A stretch of 64,000 bases of DNA from Thermoproteota archaeon (GCA_037917685.1 JAVCBU010000012.1:128001-192000); one strand, 5' to 3'. Shown: positions 33,148 to 42,790, counted from the first letter of the stretch. Translations and numbers: made by a program. The notes: generated by a model not told the origin, from the sequence alone.

Positions 33148-34170
33148 TTACGGGGTGAATCCTGTGTCTATCTCTCCATTTATGATCTTCTGCATTAGAT
33201 CTGTAATTTCACTCCAGAGGTCTTCTGGTACTGTGCCCTGCCCTGGCAGTATCTCTATACCTCCATTGTTGAGGCTCAGCCAGTAGGTTTTTCCACCGTT
33301 TTTGAGTTCTCCGGATAGATAGTCGTTGTAGAATGCCTCGAAAACTTTTTCCCAGTGCCAGACTTCAAACATTACAAAGCCTTCGGGGTAGACCTCCGGG
33401 TGGTACGTGCCAGACATCATAGCCCATACTCCTTTCTCCTTGGCTGCCGCAATCGCTCCTAGCTGGCAACCATTACCCATAGGTTTGACTACATCTACAT
33501 TGTACTGCTCTATAAGACTTGTAGCGGCAAGTTTCGCCATCGGAACATTATGGAAGTCTCCAACGTAGTGGACATGGAGACACTCGTCAGGGTTAAAGCC
33601 TGCATATTCTATTCCCTTCCTCTGGCCGGTCTCGCTTCTACTCAGCTCGGCAACAGCCATACCAGCCACGAAAGCAACATGCTTAGTTTCAGACAGTTTT
33701 ATGGCTAAGTACCCAACAAGGAACCCACTCTGGTCGGTACGGACGTCAGCAACCGACACCTGAGGACCTATATACTGCGGAGCCCCTGCAATGGCTAAGA
33801 AGTACGTGTCTGGATACTCAGGGGCGATTTTAGCCATCGGCTCGCCGAACTGGAAGCCCACTCCAACAATCAGGTTGAAACCCTGCTCGGCATAACTTCT
33901 AATCTGAGATTCTATCTGCGCAGGATCGTAGACCCCTTGAACCCACGCAATATCAACCTCCGGGTGTGCACCCCGGAAAGCCTCCATACCCTGATATGCA
34001 GCCTCGTTCCAAGCTGTATCAGTTATGCTTCCGGGGAATATAAAGGCCATTTTAACCTTTTCCTCAACCGCGGGCGCGGGCTTCCTTAGGTAGAAGCCCG
34101 CAGCAAAGGCTATGATAGCAACGATGATCACAGCAACCGCTATAACAGTGGTCTTAGTTTCACCTGCCAT
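33148..34170 (-). CDS. BMP-family substrate-binding protein
   Basis: N-terminal TM; PGSITDTAWNEAAYQG, GVGFQF. Confidence 0.88.
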   Translation of the reverse strand: MAGETKTTVIAVAVIIVAIIAFAAGFYLRKPAPAVEEKVKMAFIFPGSITDTAWNEAAYQGMEAFRGAHPEVDIAWVQGVYDPAQIESQIRSYAEQGFNLIVGVGFQFGEPMAKIAPEYPDTYFLAIAGAPQYIGPQVSVADVRTDQSGFLVGYLAIKLSETKHVAFVAGMAVAELSRSETGQRKGIEYAGFNPDECLHVHYVGDFHNVPMAKLAATSLIEQYNVDVVKPMGNGCQLGAIAAAKEKGVWAMMSGTYHPEVYPEGFVMFEVWHWEKVFEAFYNDYLSGELKNGGKTYWLSLNNGGIEILPGQGTVPEDLWSEITDLMQKIINGEIDTGFTP

Positions 34171-34246
34171 CCTACATCACAAATTTGTTTTCTGAAAAAT
34201 ATTTAAATATATTCTTTCATAGGGTTATTCTGTTTTACCATGAGGC

Positions 34247-35515
34247 CTACCCGTGTGTGTAAGTGTTCTTGCCAGTTATTAGGCTTAGATTTAATGAAAG
34301 CTTCATCAGCTGAGGACTTCTTGGAGGTTTCATCACTTTTGCATACTTTAGAAACTCTCTGATCGTATAAGACTTAAGTATCCCATAATATATTGGCTCT
34401 ACAGGTTTTACATACCCGAAAGCCTGAGCTCCAACCAGTTTCTCATCTTTAAATATTGTGATAAGCTTTTTAGAACCGGATATTTTCTTTACGATGTTTA
34501 TTTCCCCATGTAGCTCTGATGCTGTTGCACCTATAGAGACAGCTGTCACCCCAAATATGTTTACGCTTATAAGTCTTGGGATCCACCTATGTTTTCTACG
34601 CCTACCAGCCGAGTTACATCCTGCCACTATGCCCTGCATGACGGCGTTAGGCCATGTCATATTCGATATCCTCTTACCCGTTGCTGGGTCTAATGACTCC
34701 ACGCAGTCTCCACAGGCGTATATGTCTGGCATACTTGTTCGCATATAATCATCAACGATTATTCCGCCCTTACCCCCCACTTTTATCCCGGATTTGGTTG
34801 CAAGCTCTGTATTAGGTTTCATTCCTGTGGCAATTATAATCTGACTACACCTTATTTCTCTTCCAGTTGTTACTGCAATGCTGCCTTTATCAGATTGTTC
34901 TATCATTTTTACTGCTTCACCTGTGTATATTTTTACCCCGGCCTTCTCAAGCCTTTCTCTTATCGCCTTTGAGATTTCTTGGTCGAATGCTGCGGGTATT
35001 ATCCGGTCTTTTATCTCAACCATGGAGACGTCAAAGCCTCTTCTACGGAGCGCTATGGCTAGCTCGACACCGACCACCCCTGAGCCTACTATTAGAGTCT
35101 TACAAGGTCTGAGGCTTGCTATCTTGTCAGCATCGGAGATTGTTTTAACCTTGTGGAAAACTGTTGTTCTAAGACCTTGGATGGGTGGTATGCTAGGCTT
35201 GCTTCCCGTAGCTATTATGAGTCTATCATACTTTAGCTCCTCCCCGTTACTTAGGACGACAACTTTTTGCCCCGGGTATATATCTGTAACCCTTATCCCA
35301 ATTATCTTTTCAATTCCAAGCTCGCCTGCCCTAGCCCCACTTTTAGGGTACAATTTTCCTTTGGGGATCATACCTTGGATATAATGGGGGAAAGCGCAGG
35401 GTGTGTAGTATGGCTCCTGCGAGACAACTGTTACATGGGTTTCTCGGCTTGAATTTTTGGCTGAGATTGCAGCGGCGTTGCCGGCTGGGCCGTCTCCTAT
35501 AACCAGGATTTTCAT
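34247..35515 (-). CDS. FAD-dependent pyridine nucleotide-disulfide oxidoreductase (AOR-associated flavoprotein)
   Basis: GDGPAG, YYTPC, IATGS, GSGVVGVE, IYACGDC; ATGA overlap with aor. Confidence 0.9.
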   Translation of the reverse strand: MKILVIGDGPAGNAAAISAKNSSRETHVTVVSQEPYYTPCAFPHYIQGMIPKGKLYPKSGARAGELGIEKIIGIRVTDIYPGQKVVVLSNGEELKYDRLIIATGSKPSIPPIQGLRTTVFHKVKTISDADKIASLRPCKTLIVGSGVVGVELAIALRRRGFDVSMVEIKDRIIPAAFDQEISKAIRERLEKAGVKIYTGEAVKMIEQSDKGSIAVTTGREIRCSQIIIATGMKPNTELATKSGIKVGGKGGIIVDDYMRTSMPDIYACGDCVESLDPATGKRISNMTWPNAVMQGIVAGCNSAGRRRKHRWIPRLISVNIFGVTAVSIGATASELHGEINIVKKISGSKKLITIFKDEKLVGAQAFGYVKPVEPIYYGILKSYTIREFLKYAKVMKPPRSPQLMKLSLNLSLITGKNTYTHG

Positions 35516-37425
35516 CTATACTTCCCCATTTTTTCAAGCTCTTCTGCTATATACTCTAGCCCTAGCTCTCTAAGCTTCTCCTTTGTCGGCACGCCTTGGC
35601 TGGTCCAGCCTCTAAGCTGGTAGTACTCGTCTAGCATCCTATCATACTTATCCCTTTCAAGTATCTGGCCCTTCGCTGGCCCCGACGGTATGGGCTCTGC
35701 GAAGAACCTCCAGGGCGGGTAGTCGTCGCTTCTCGTAACGCCAAGCCTCACGATGAAGGATCTTTCAACGTTGTAGATCCTCTCAGCTACCTTTATTATC
35801 GAGTCAACACTGTAGTTTAGGCCTGTTGCAAGGTTGAAAAGCCTCGTCATCTCTCTCGGGGACAGGCCGAACGCCGTGCCAAGCCAGGGCGTCATGTACT
35901 TACACATCCCAATGGAGTCGCACAGAGCGTACATATGCTCATACCACACCACTGCCCTAGCCTGATTCTCGTAGCTCCACGGGTCAAGTTTTATCCTCCT
36001 ACCGTATATTAGCTCCACAAACTCTTGGCCCCACTCTCCCCAGTAGGCCACAGTCGGTATCGACCTTAAATGGTCTCCCCCCCTCGTAGAGACTGCGTGG
36101 CTGAGGGCGTATCCCTTCGCCGCACGGTTCTCATGAGACGAGTAATCCAAGCGCTTCGTGTGTACCACATACTTCTCAGCCTCCCCACCCATCTTTTGGG
36201 CTACTCGCCACGGACCCTCCGCAAGGAGGTCTCCAACACCATTCCTCTGTGCAATCTTCTCTATTAGCTCTATCATCGCGTCTACGTTTCCCCATTCAAG
36301 GCTTAATCCGTCAAGCTGGTCCTTCGAAACTATGTGCCGCTGGTAGAGCTCCATCATCAAGGCTATGGTGTTTCCAAGGGTTATGGTGTCCAAGCCGTAC
36401 AGATCTGCTAGCTTCCCCATGTGTATTATGGCGTCGAGATCTGAGACCCCGCACCTAGGCCCCAAGGAGTTTATTGTCTCGTACTCCGGGCCCTCTCCGG
36501 TCTCGCCTGCAAATCTCCCGGTTTTAATCTTGTAGTAGTGGTTGCAGTGCAACGGGCAGCCATAGCAGGCTTTACTCTTAACATAGAATTCTCTGAGGTA
36601 GGTTTCGCTGCTAATCTTGTCTATCTCCGGGAAGTCGGTGGTCTGCCAGTTTCTAACAGGCATTATCCCAGCATTGTGTAGTATCACTGAAAGTATTGGG
36701 GTACCGTGGGTTGCGAAGTCCTTGTAGAGGGGGTGGCTAACGAGCATCCTATGCATCTTTACACATGCCTCCTCGAATTCCTTGGGATAAGCTATCCTAA
36801 CACCTCCTGTCCCCCTAACAGCTATGGCTTTAAGCTTCTTCGAGCCCATTACAGCCCCCATCCCCGTCCTACCGGCTGAGTTCTTCAGGCCTGTTCTTAT
36901 ACATGCGTATCTAACCATGTTTTCGCCTGCCTGGCCTATGGTTATGACCTGGGTTTCAGGGTCTGCAAGCTCCTCCCTGATGACCTGCTGGGTTTCAACG
37001 GTGTCCTTACCCCAGAGTTGTGAGGCGTCTCTTATCTCAGCCTCGCCGTCGTAGATGTAGAGGTAAACAGGCTTTTTGGACCTGCCGTAAATTATGATGT
37101 TGTCGTACCCTGCGAACTTGAGCTCTGAAGCCCACCACCCCCCGCAGTTTGAGTCCCCAAGCAGCCCCGTCAGGGGTGAGAGGGCTGTAACGTTGAACCT
37201 CCCGGACCCAGGTGAAAGTGTGCCTGTCAGCGGGCCTACGCCGAAGATTAGAGGGTTATCAGGGCTGAGAGGATCTATCCCCGGTTTAGCCTCATCGTAC
37301 AGCATCTTAACATTTATGCCCCTGCCGCCAATGAACTCCGATGCAAGATTCTCAGGCAGGGGCTCCCGGCTTACCTTCCCCCTTGAGAGGTCTACTCTAA
37401 GGATGTGTCCAGCCCAGCCATACAT
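35512..37425 (-). CDS. aor: Tungsten aldehyde:ferredoxin oxidoreductase (WOR family)
   Basis: GRTGMGAVMGSKKLKAI, CYGCPLHC, GPEYE, GLDTI, RGGDH, CDSIGMC. Confidence 0.93.
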   Translation of the reverse strand: MYGWAGHILRVDLSRGKVSREPLPENLASEFIGGRGINVKMLYDEAKPGIDPLSPDNPLIFGVGPLTGTLSPGSGRFNVTALSPLTGLLGDSNCGGWWASELKFAGYDNIIIYGRSKKPVYLYIYDGEAEIRDASQLWGKDTVETQQVIREELADPETQVITIGQAGENMVRYACIRTGLKNSAGRTGMGAVMGSKKLKAIAVRGTGGVRIAYPKEFEEACVKMHRMLVSHPLYKDFATHGTPILSVILHNAGIMPVRNWQTTDFPEIDKISSETYLREFYVKSKACYGCPLHCNHYYKIKTGRFAGETGEGPEYETINSLGPRCGVSDLDAIIHMGKLADLYGLDTITLGNTIALMMELYQRHIVSKDQLDGLSLEWGNVDAMIELIEKIAQRNGVGDLLAEGPWRVAQKMGGEAEKYVVHTKRLDYSSHENRAAKGYALSHAVSTRGGDHLRSIPTVAYWGEWGQEFVELIYGRRIKLDPWSYENQARAVVWYEHMYALCDSIGMCKYMTPWLGTAFGLSPREMTRLFNLATGLNYSVDSIIKVAERIYNVERSFIVRLGVTRSDDYPPWRFFAEPIPSGPAKGQILERDKYDRMLDEYYQLRGWTSQGVPTKEKLRELGLEYIAEELEKMGKYR

Positions 37426-37437
37426 CCAGCCCCACCC

Positions 37438-37914
37438 TCACCATTGTTTTAGGATTTCACTCAGCCTTTCTATCGCCAGCCTCTTCCTCGCTAGCACGGC
37501 CTTCGCCGGGGTGGTGTATGAGACCGCCGCTGTGGGGCAGAGCGCTGCACACAGGGGTTCTCCACCGCACAGGTCACATATTATGGCTACACCCTCTGAG
37601 GGGTCGAAGGACGCTCCACCAACGGGGCATGCAATATTGCATACTCTACACCCTATACACAGGCCGGAGTCTACGAGGGCCGCCCCAGTATGACGGTCCC
37701 TACTTATAGCTTCTACGGGGCATGCTGCTGCGCATGGCATGTCGTCGCATTGGAGGCAAAGCATCGGAAAGTCTAGGCCAAGAGTCTCCCATTTCAATAT
37801 GTGAATCCTTGATTTTGAAGGGTTACATTCCCCTGTATGATGGAGGGAACATGCGGCCTCACAAATCCTGCATCCGGTACATTTTTCAGGCTCTACAGTA
37901 ATAACCCTATACAT
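37438..37914 (-). CDS. 4Fe-4S polyferredoxin (DmsB/CooF-like) subunit
   Basis: Four Cys clusters (CTGCRICEAAC, CLQCDDMPC, CIGCRVCNIACP, CDLCGGEPLC). Confidence 0.9.
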   Translation of the reverse strand: MYRVITVEPEKCTGCRICEAACSLHHTGECNPSKSRIHILKWETLGLDFPMLCLQCDDMPCAAACPVEAISRDRHTGAALVDSGLCIGCRVCNIACPVGGASFDPSEGVAIICDLCGGEPLCAALCPTAAVSYTTPAKAVLARKRLAIERLSEILKQW

Positions 37915-37946
37915 AGCTGGTCAAGTTGAACGTTGAGGTGTGAATT

Positions 37947-38456
37947 TTATAAGTCTATCCTCGGGAGTTTCATAGCTGAATCCTCGTCTTTGACCTCTTT
38001 AAACATATTGTAGTATTCCCTATACCTTTCATAGTCTACTCTTGATTTATCCACGAACACGGGATCCCCAAATGTTATAGCCCCCGATGGACACCGCTCT
38101 GCACACACAGGTTTACCTCCGCATAGATCACACTTTACGATTATATTAAGTTCCTCATCATACCTTATAGCCTTGAATGGGCATGCTTTGATGCATAGTT
38201 TACATAGCTTACATGTATCAGGGTTATACTTCACAACACCGTTCTCAACGCTTAGAGATCCTGTTGGGCATACCTCTACGCAGGGGGCGTCTGGACAGTT
38301 CAAGCACACAACTGGCATGCTTATACCTATATGCCACTTGTTTGCAACTTTTATTCTGGCCTTCAAAGGCTGGATCACCCTGTGTTTTATGAATGAACAT
38401 ATGGTTTCACAGATTCTACACCCGACGCAGAGTTCAGGGTTTAGAATTAGAATCAT
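37947..38456 (-). CDS. 4Fe-4S polyferredoxin (DmsB/CooF-like) subunit
   Basis: CVGCRICETIC, CLNCPDAPC, CKLCKLCIKACP, CDLCGGKPVC. Confidence 0.9.
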   Translation of the reverse strand: MILILNPELCVGCRICETICSFIKHRVIQPLKARIKVANKWHIGISMPVVCLNCPDAPCVEVCPTGSLSVENGVVKYNPDTCKLCKLCIKACPFKAIRYDEELNIIVKCDLCGGKPVCAERCPSGAITFGDPVFVDKSRVDYERYREYYNMFKEVKDEDSAMKLPRIDL

Positions 38457-38538
38457 ACAGGCTATTATTATGGCATTGTCAAAATATAAGGTCTCTTACG
38501 GACCTCGCTGCTATGATACCACTCTAGACCATAGCAGG

Positions 38539-38871
38539 CTAGGATTCAACGTTGGGGATTATACATATGAGAATGAAGTCAACATTTCCATCGTTTCTAT
38601 ACCAGTGGGGTACATCTGGGGGGATATATAGGTAGTATCCTTCCTCAACGTGGTACTCATTGTCACCTATCCCAACTGTTGCCTTACCCTGTAGAACGTA
38701 GATTTCATGCTCCCACGGGTGACTGTGAGGATTCATCTTTGCACCCGGCTTGAATATGAACCTCCTCATGTGATAGTTAGGACCCCTAACCAGCCATTGA
38801 ATGTATATGTTCTCCGCTTGTTTAACCTCCTCCGGCTCTACCTCATCCTGTCTCCCAACTATTTCACGCAT
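38539..38871 (-). CDS. Cupin domain protein
   Basis: HSHPWEHEIYVLQG...IPPDVPHWY. Confidence 0.9.
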   Translation of the reverse strand: MREIVGRQDEVEPEEVKQAENIYIQWLVRGPNYHMRRFIFKPGAKMNPHSHPWEHEIYVLQGKATVGIGDNEYHVEEGYYLYIPPDVPHWYRNDGNVDFILICIIPNVES

Positions 38872-38879
38872 AGGATATT

Positions 38880-39458
38880 TTACCAGGGTGGTCTTTTTAA
38901 GTTTGACCTAACTTGCTTGTAGGGGTAGCTTACCCCGTACTTGTCCAGGCTTACAAGCTCCTCCACCCTCCTCCTCGGCGTAGGCCTTGGTGTTTCGCCG
39001 GGGAATCCCATTGTTATTATCGCGATAGGCCTATGCTTTTCAAGGGTTGTCCCCACGGCTTCTGCTACTCTTCCATCGTCGAAGGCGCCAACCCAGCATG
39101 TTCCAAGGCCGAGGCTCGTGGCAGCAAGCATGGCAAAGGTAGCCGCTATGGTGGCGTCTTGCACCGAATATAGTTTTCTTCCTCTTTCACCATATCTCCT
39201 AGTCGACCTCCATGGGCATGCGAGGAAGACCATGGATACCGGCGCCTCATATATGAACATTTGATTATACGAAGCTCTCGCCAGTTTCAGCCTCACCTCA
39301 GGATCCTTGACGACTACAACATCGTAGGCTTGGAGATCCCCGGCTGAAGGGGCAGTGTTTAACGCTTCTATAATTTGAGATATGTAGTTTTCAGGTATAG
39401 GCTTCCGGCTGTAGCTTCTAACAGATCTCCGTACAGATATAACATCCCAGAAGTCCAC
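38880..39458 (-). CDS. Nitroreductase family protein
   Basis: RRSVRSY, APSAGDLQ, GLGTCWVGAF. Confidence 0.92.
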   Translation of the reverse strand: MDFWDVISVRRSVRSYSRKPIPENYISQIIEALNTAPSAGDLQAYDVVVVKDPEVRLKLARASYNQMFIYEAPVSMVFLACPWRSTRRYGERGRKLYSVQDATIAATFAMLAATSLGLGTCWVGAFDDGRVAEAVGTTLEKHRPIAIITMGFPGETPRPTPRRRVEELVSLDKYGVSYPYKQVRSNLKRPPW

Positions 39459-39489
39459 ATGTAGCCTTTACACTCCCGCCTTTAAAAGC

Positions 39490-40035
39490 TTATCCTCCGT
39501 ACTGTCCCTCCCACATCTCATGGAACTCCCCGTGATATAGGTCCGCCAGCTCCCTACAGTATATAAGTACTATGTTTTCATCGTTTTCCTCTCTCGCAGC
39601 CTTTGTCCAGTTGTAGCTTCCAGTTATGACGATTTCATCATCGATTATGCAGAATTTATTATGCATAAGCGACGGGTTACTGTCCAGGCGGACTTCAATC
39701 CCATTGCTTTTGAGAATCATATACCTGCTGTACTGGTTTACATTGTTCTTCTCAAGGATTATTTTCACGTTTACGCCTCTCCTCGCAACATCTATCAGTG
39801 ACTGTGCGAGCCTGCTTGAGGTGAAGGTGTACATGGCGATTTCTATGCTATTATTAGCCCTCTCAACCCAGTATGATATCACACTCTCAACATCATCGTC
39901 GGGGCTGAAATAGGCCTGAACCCAGAGTCTGTCAGAGTATATCATGACCGGGCCTGCGGCTTCAGGTCTCACCGCGAAGTAGCAGAAGGCGAAACCTACT
40001 AGGAAGCCGAGGATAAAGGCTTGACCAAGCTTCAC
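39490..40035 (-). CDS. Secreted/anchored phospholipase D-like (Nuc-type) protein with a single HKD motif
   Basis: MHNKFCIIDDEIVITGSYNWT...ENDEN; N-terminal TM. Confidence 0.9.
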   Translation of the reverse strand: MKLGQAFILGFLVGFAFCYFAVRPEAAGPVMIYSDRLWVQAYFSPDDDVESVISYWVERANNSIEIAMYTFTSSRLAQSLIDVARRGVNVKIILEKNNVNQYSRYMILKSNGIEVRLDSNPSLMHNKFCIIDDEIVITGSYNWTKAAREENDENIVLIYCRELADLYHGEFHEMWEGQYGG

Positions 40036-40156
40036 ACCCTATCAAATAGGGGGAAACTTATTAAGCATTCAGTTGCCATCGACTAAGGGTCTATCCTTCT
40101 TAAGATGCGATACGCCAGACCCGCATTACCCATTCACCGTATTCGTAGACACCGTT

Positions 40157-40972
40157 TCATCTCCCAAACCTTCGCGATCTCCTCTGGTAATCTCTTATCG
40201 CCCTCAAAAAGTCTATTTTCCTGAAGGATGGCAGGTATGCCTCGCAGAAGTAAAGCTCGCTGTATGCTATATGCCAAAGCAGGAAGTTGCTTATCCTCTC
40301 CTCCCCAGAGGTTCTTATTATAAGGTCGGGCTCAGGGACACCGTTCAAGTACAGGTATTTCTCGAATAGCTCCTCATCTATATCCGAAGGTTTGATGGCT
40401 CCCTTCTCCACCTCTAAAGCTATCTTCCGGACGGCGTCTAATATTTCATCTCTCCCCCCATATGCGAGAGCTATATTCACCGTTTTAGGCTTATTCCTCA
40501 TGGTTTCACGCTCAAGCTTCTCAGCTAAAGCCTTAACGTCATCAGGCAACAGCTCCCTCCTCCCTATAATCCTTATTCTAACACCCCTACGTTTAAACTC
40601 GCCCGTTTTTGACAGAGCATGTTTAAGTTCCTCTCTAATCCTGTTCATCACGACCTCAACCTGCTCCCTTGGCCTGTTAAAATTCTCAGTTGAAAAAGAG
40701 TATAATGTCACATGTTCCACCCCCAGCTCCTCACACCATGAGAGGATCTTCTCAACCTTCCTAGCCCCAAGATAATAGCTCTCCTCAAGCGAAAGCCCCG
40801 CAGCCGATGCAAACCTCCTATTCCCATCAAGAATAAGAGCAACATGCCTCGGTATAGGGCCAGACCTCACAATTCTAAGCAGATAACTCTCATAGAAAGG
40901 CATCTGAACCCTACTGGCAAGCCTATAAGCCACAGACAGCAAGAAACCGTAAGCCCGCCCCAGAACCCCCAT
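40157..40972 (-). CDS. uppS: cis-Prenyltransferase (polyprenyl diphosphate synthase)
   Basis: ILDGNRR, FSTENFNR, YGGRDEI, PDLIIRTSGEERISNFLLW; start set at ATG 40972 (ORF track gives 40993). Confidence 0.93.
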   Translation of the reverse strand: MGVLGRAYGFLLSVAYRLASRVQMPFYESYLLRIVRSGPIPRHVALILDGNRRFASAAGLSLEESYYLGARKVEKILSWCEELGVEHVTLYSFSTENFNRPREQVEVVMNRIREELKHALSKTGEFKRRGVRIRIIGRRELLPDDVKALAEKLERETMRNKPKTVNIALAYGGRDEILDAVRKIALEVEKGAIKPSDIDEELFEKYLYLNGVPEPDLIIRTSGEERISNFLLWHIAYSELYFCEAYLPSFRKIDFLRAIRDYQRRSRRFGR

Positions 40973-41088
40973 CCAAATAGGTAAAAAGCCCAAAAAATAT
41001 TAAGCTTTACAACCCCAACCAAACCAACATGCAAACCACAACAACCCATCCAAACCACACAAACCATCAATATCAGCATAGAAACCAC

Positions 41089-41200
41089 ATGCCAGAAAAG
41101 CTAAAACCGGACAAACACGAGGCGGACAAACACGAGGCATGGTACAACCTAGGCTACACGCTTTATAGGGCTGGATTCTACTGGAGATCAGCAAAGAATT
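41089..41200 (+). pseudogene. TPR-repeat gene fragment
   Basis: MPEKLKPDKHEA(DKHEA)WYNLGYTLYRAG resembles a TPR turn plus helix A. Confidence 0.45.
41108..41138. repeat. 15-bp tandem duplication
   Basis: CGGACAAACACGAGG twice. Confidence 0.9.
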
Positions 41201-41289
41201 GCTGCAACCATGATGCATGCCGGCCAGTATGTCTCCCATCCCCGCTGGTACCTGCTTAATCCTAGCAAAACCTTATTGGTAACATAATG

Positions 41290-41427
41290 TTACTTCTCAG
41301 AACTTTGAGAAGGAACTCTGAATACATTCTCCTTTATTTGCTTCGGCTCATCTCCTTTCGCAGGTATTGCATAGCCTTCTATTGCTCTCTTACTCTCAGG
41401 CTTCACCAGTGTGGGTTCAGGCTCCAT
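41290..41427 (-). pseudogene. N-terminal remnant resembling archaeal SWIM-zinc-finger/transposase proteins
   Basis: Hand translation MEPEPTLVKPESKRAIEGYAIPAKGDEPKQIKENVFRVPSQSSEK*; divergent from an AbrB gene. Confidence 0.45.
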
Positions 41428-41474
41428 GCTAACTTACCTATATTCGGGATACAGATTCCTATTTAAAATCTTTG

Positions 41475-41486
41475 GTAAAATTTTAC
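41475..41486. promoter_or_regulatory. Palindromic putative operator in an AT-rich divergent promoter
   Basis: GTAAAATTTTAC perfect palindrome next to TATA-like TTTATAAA upstream of the AbrB gene. Confidence 0.4.
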
Positions 41487-41533
41487 ACCAAAATCTTTAT
41501 AAATAATTTTACCTATATTTATGGCGGGCTGTA

Positions 41534-41728
41534 ATGGGAGAAATCACTGTGCTTACCAAAGCTACATCTAAAAGCAAATCCTTGAGAAGCACCATTCCCA
41601 TAGGCATTGTCAAGCAATTTAATCTTTCAGAAGGAGATAAGCTTAACTGGGAGATTAGAGCAGAGGGTGGAGAGCTTATAATTGTAGTAAGACCTCTGAG
41701 GCAAAAGAGTGGTGGTAAGCGTGAATAA
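41534..41728 (+). CDS. AbrB/MazE/SpoVT-family DNA-binding protein
   Basis: SLRSTIPIGIVKQFNLSEGDKLNWEI. Confidence 0.85.
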   Translation: MGEITVLTKATSKSKSLRSTIPIGIVKQFNLSEGDKLNWEIRAEGGELIIVVRPLRQKSGGKRE

Positions 41729-42533
41729 AGAGCGTGTACCTCTTAGATGTGAGAATGATGATGAAAGAATATACTATGAAAGGGGAAGTATCGTCATTAT
41801 TAATGACGATTTCCTAACTACTGATTTAATACCTCCCAGCTCTATAGACTTAATTGTAACATCTCCGCCTTACAATGTGGACATTTACTATGAGTCGTTT
41901 AGAGATAACATACCTTACGGGAAGTATCTCGAGTTCACGGGGAAGTGGCTTAAGAAAGCTTTGGAACTGCTAAAGCCTGATGGTAGAATGTGTTTGAACA
42001 TACCTCTGGATAAGAGTAAAGGGCGTAGGGAGGAGGGGTTTCAAAGCGTTTACGCAGATGTCGTATTTATCGCTAAGAAGGTTGGCTGGAGGTATTTTAG
42101 CACAATAATATGGAATGAACAGAACATATCCAGAAGGACTGCATGGGGTTCCTGGCTTAGTGCAAGAGCCCCCTATGTAATTGCTCCAGTAGAGGCCATA
42201 GTAATACTGTACAAGAACAGATGGAAGAAAACAAGAACAGGCATTTCCAATATCACAAGAGATGAATTCATAGAGTGGACGAACGGTGTGTGGACTTTCC
42301 CCGGGGAGAACAGGAGGAAAGTTGGACATCCTGCACCATTTCCATTAGAGCTGCCGAAGAGGTGTATCAAGCTCTTCAGCTTCGTAGGTGACACCGTGTT
42401 AGATCCATTCTTGGGTAGCGGAACTACACTAGTAGCATGTGCATTACTAGACAGAAAAGGGGTAGGTGTTGAAATAGATAGAAAGTATTGTGAGACTGCT
42501 AAAAAAAGATTGATAAAAGAGGGGACGCCGTAG
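41709..42533 (+). CDS. Orphan beta-class amino DNA methyltransferase (N4-C/N6-A)
   Basis: Catalytic TSPPY precedes the SAM-binding DPFLGSGTT; HPAPFP. Confidence 0.92.
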   Translation: MVVSVNKERVPLRCENDDERIYYERGSIVIINDDFLTTDLIPPSSIDLIVTSPPYNVDIYYESFRDNIPYGKYLEFTGKWLKKALELLKPDGRMCLNIPLDKSKGRREEGFQSVYADVVFIAKKVGWRYFSTIIWNEQNISRRTAWGSWLSARAPYVIAPVEAIVILYKNRWKKTRTGISNITRDEFIEWTNGVWTFPGENRRKVGHPAPFPLELPKRCIKLFSFVGDTVLDPFLGSGTTLVACALLDRKGVGVEIDRKYCETAKKRLIKEGTP

Positions 42534-42608
42534 GTGACACCGTGTTAGATCCAATCTTGGGTAGCTAAAAAATTGATAAAAGAGGGGATGATAAAAGAGG
42601 GGATGATA
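42383..42608. repeat. Partial duplication of the methyltransferase 3' end
   Basis: 42383-42419 is repeated at 42529-42565 (1 mismatch); TGATAAAAGAGGGGA occurs three times (42511, 42574, 42589). Confidence 0.9.
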
Positions 42609-42790
42609 TTTCAAAAGAAGCTATTTGAGGGGTAAAGATGAGACGTGGGTTTAAATGTAAAGAAGAAATCCTAACAGTTCTAAAAAGGAAATATGATGAA
42701 ATAGTTCTTTCATCCCCCCATTTGGTATTCTATTTGTCTCTTTTAAGTATGTGCGTTATGGTTAAATGTTTTGCTTGGTTTCTTTTGTTG

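Noticed and set aside
40073-40156. Possible structured RNA downstream of uppS
   Set aside because: Only short stems; no complete C/D or H/ACA boxes
42638-42790. N-terminal extension of NucS with an apparent TM helix
   Set aside because: Likely an in-frame run through a gene stub and a T-rich promoter region; NucS homology starts near 42791
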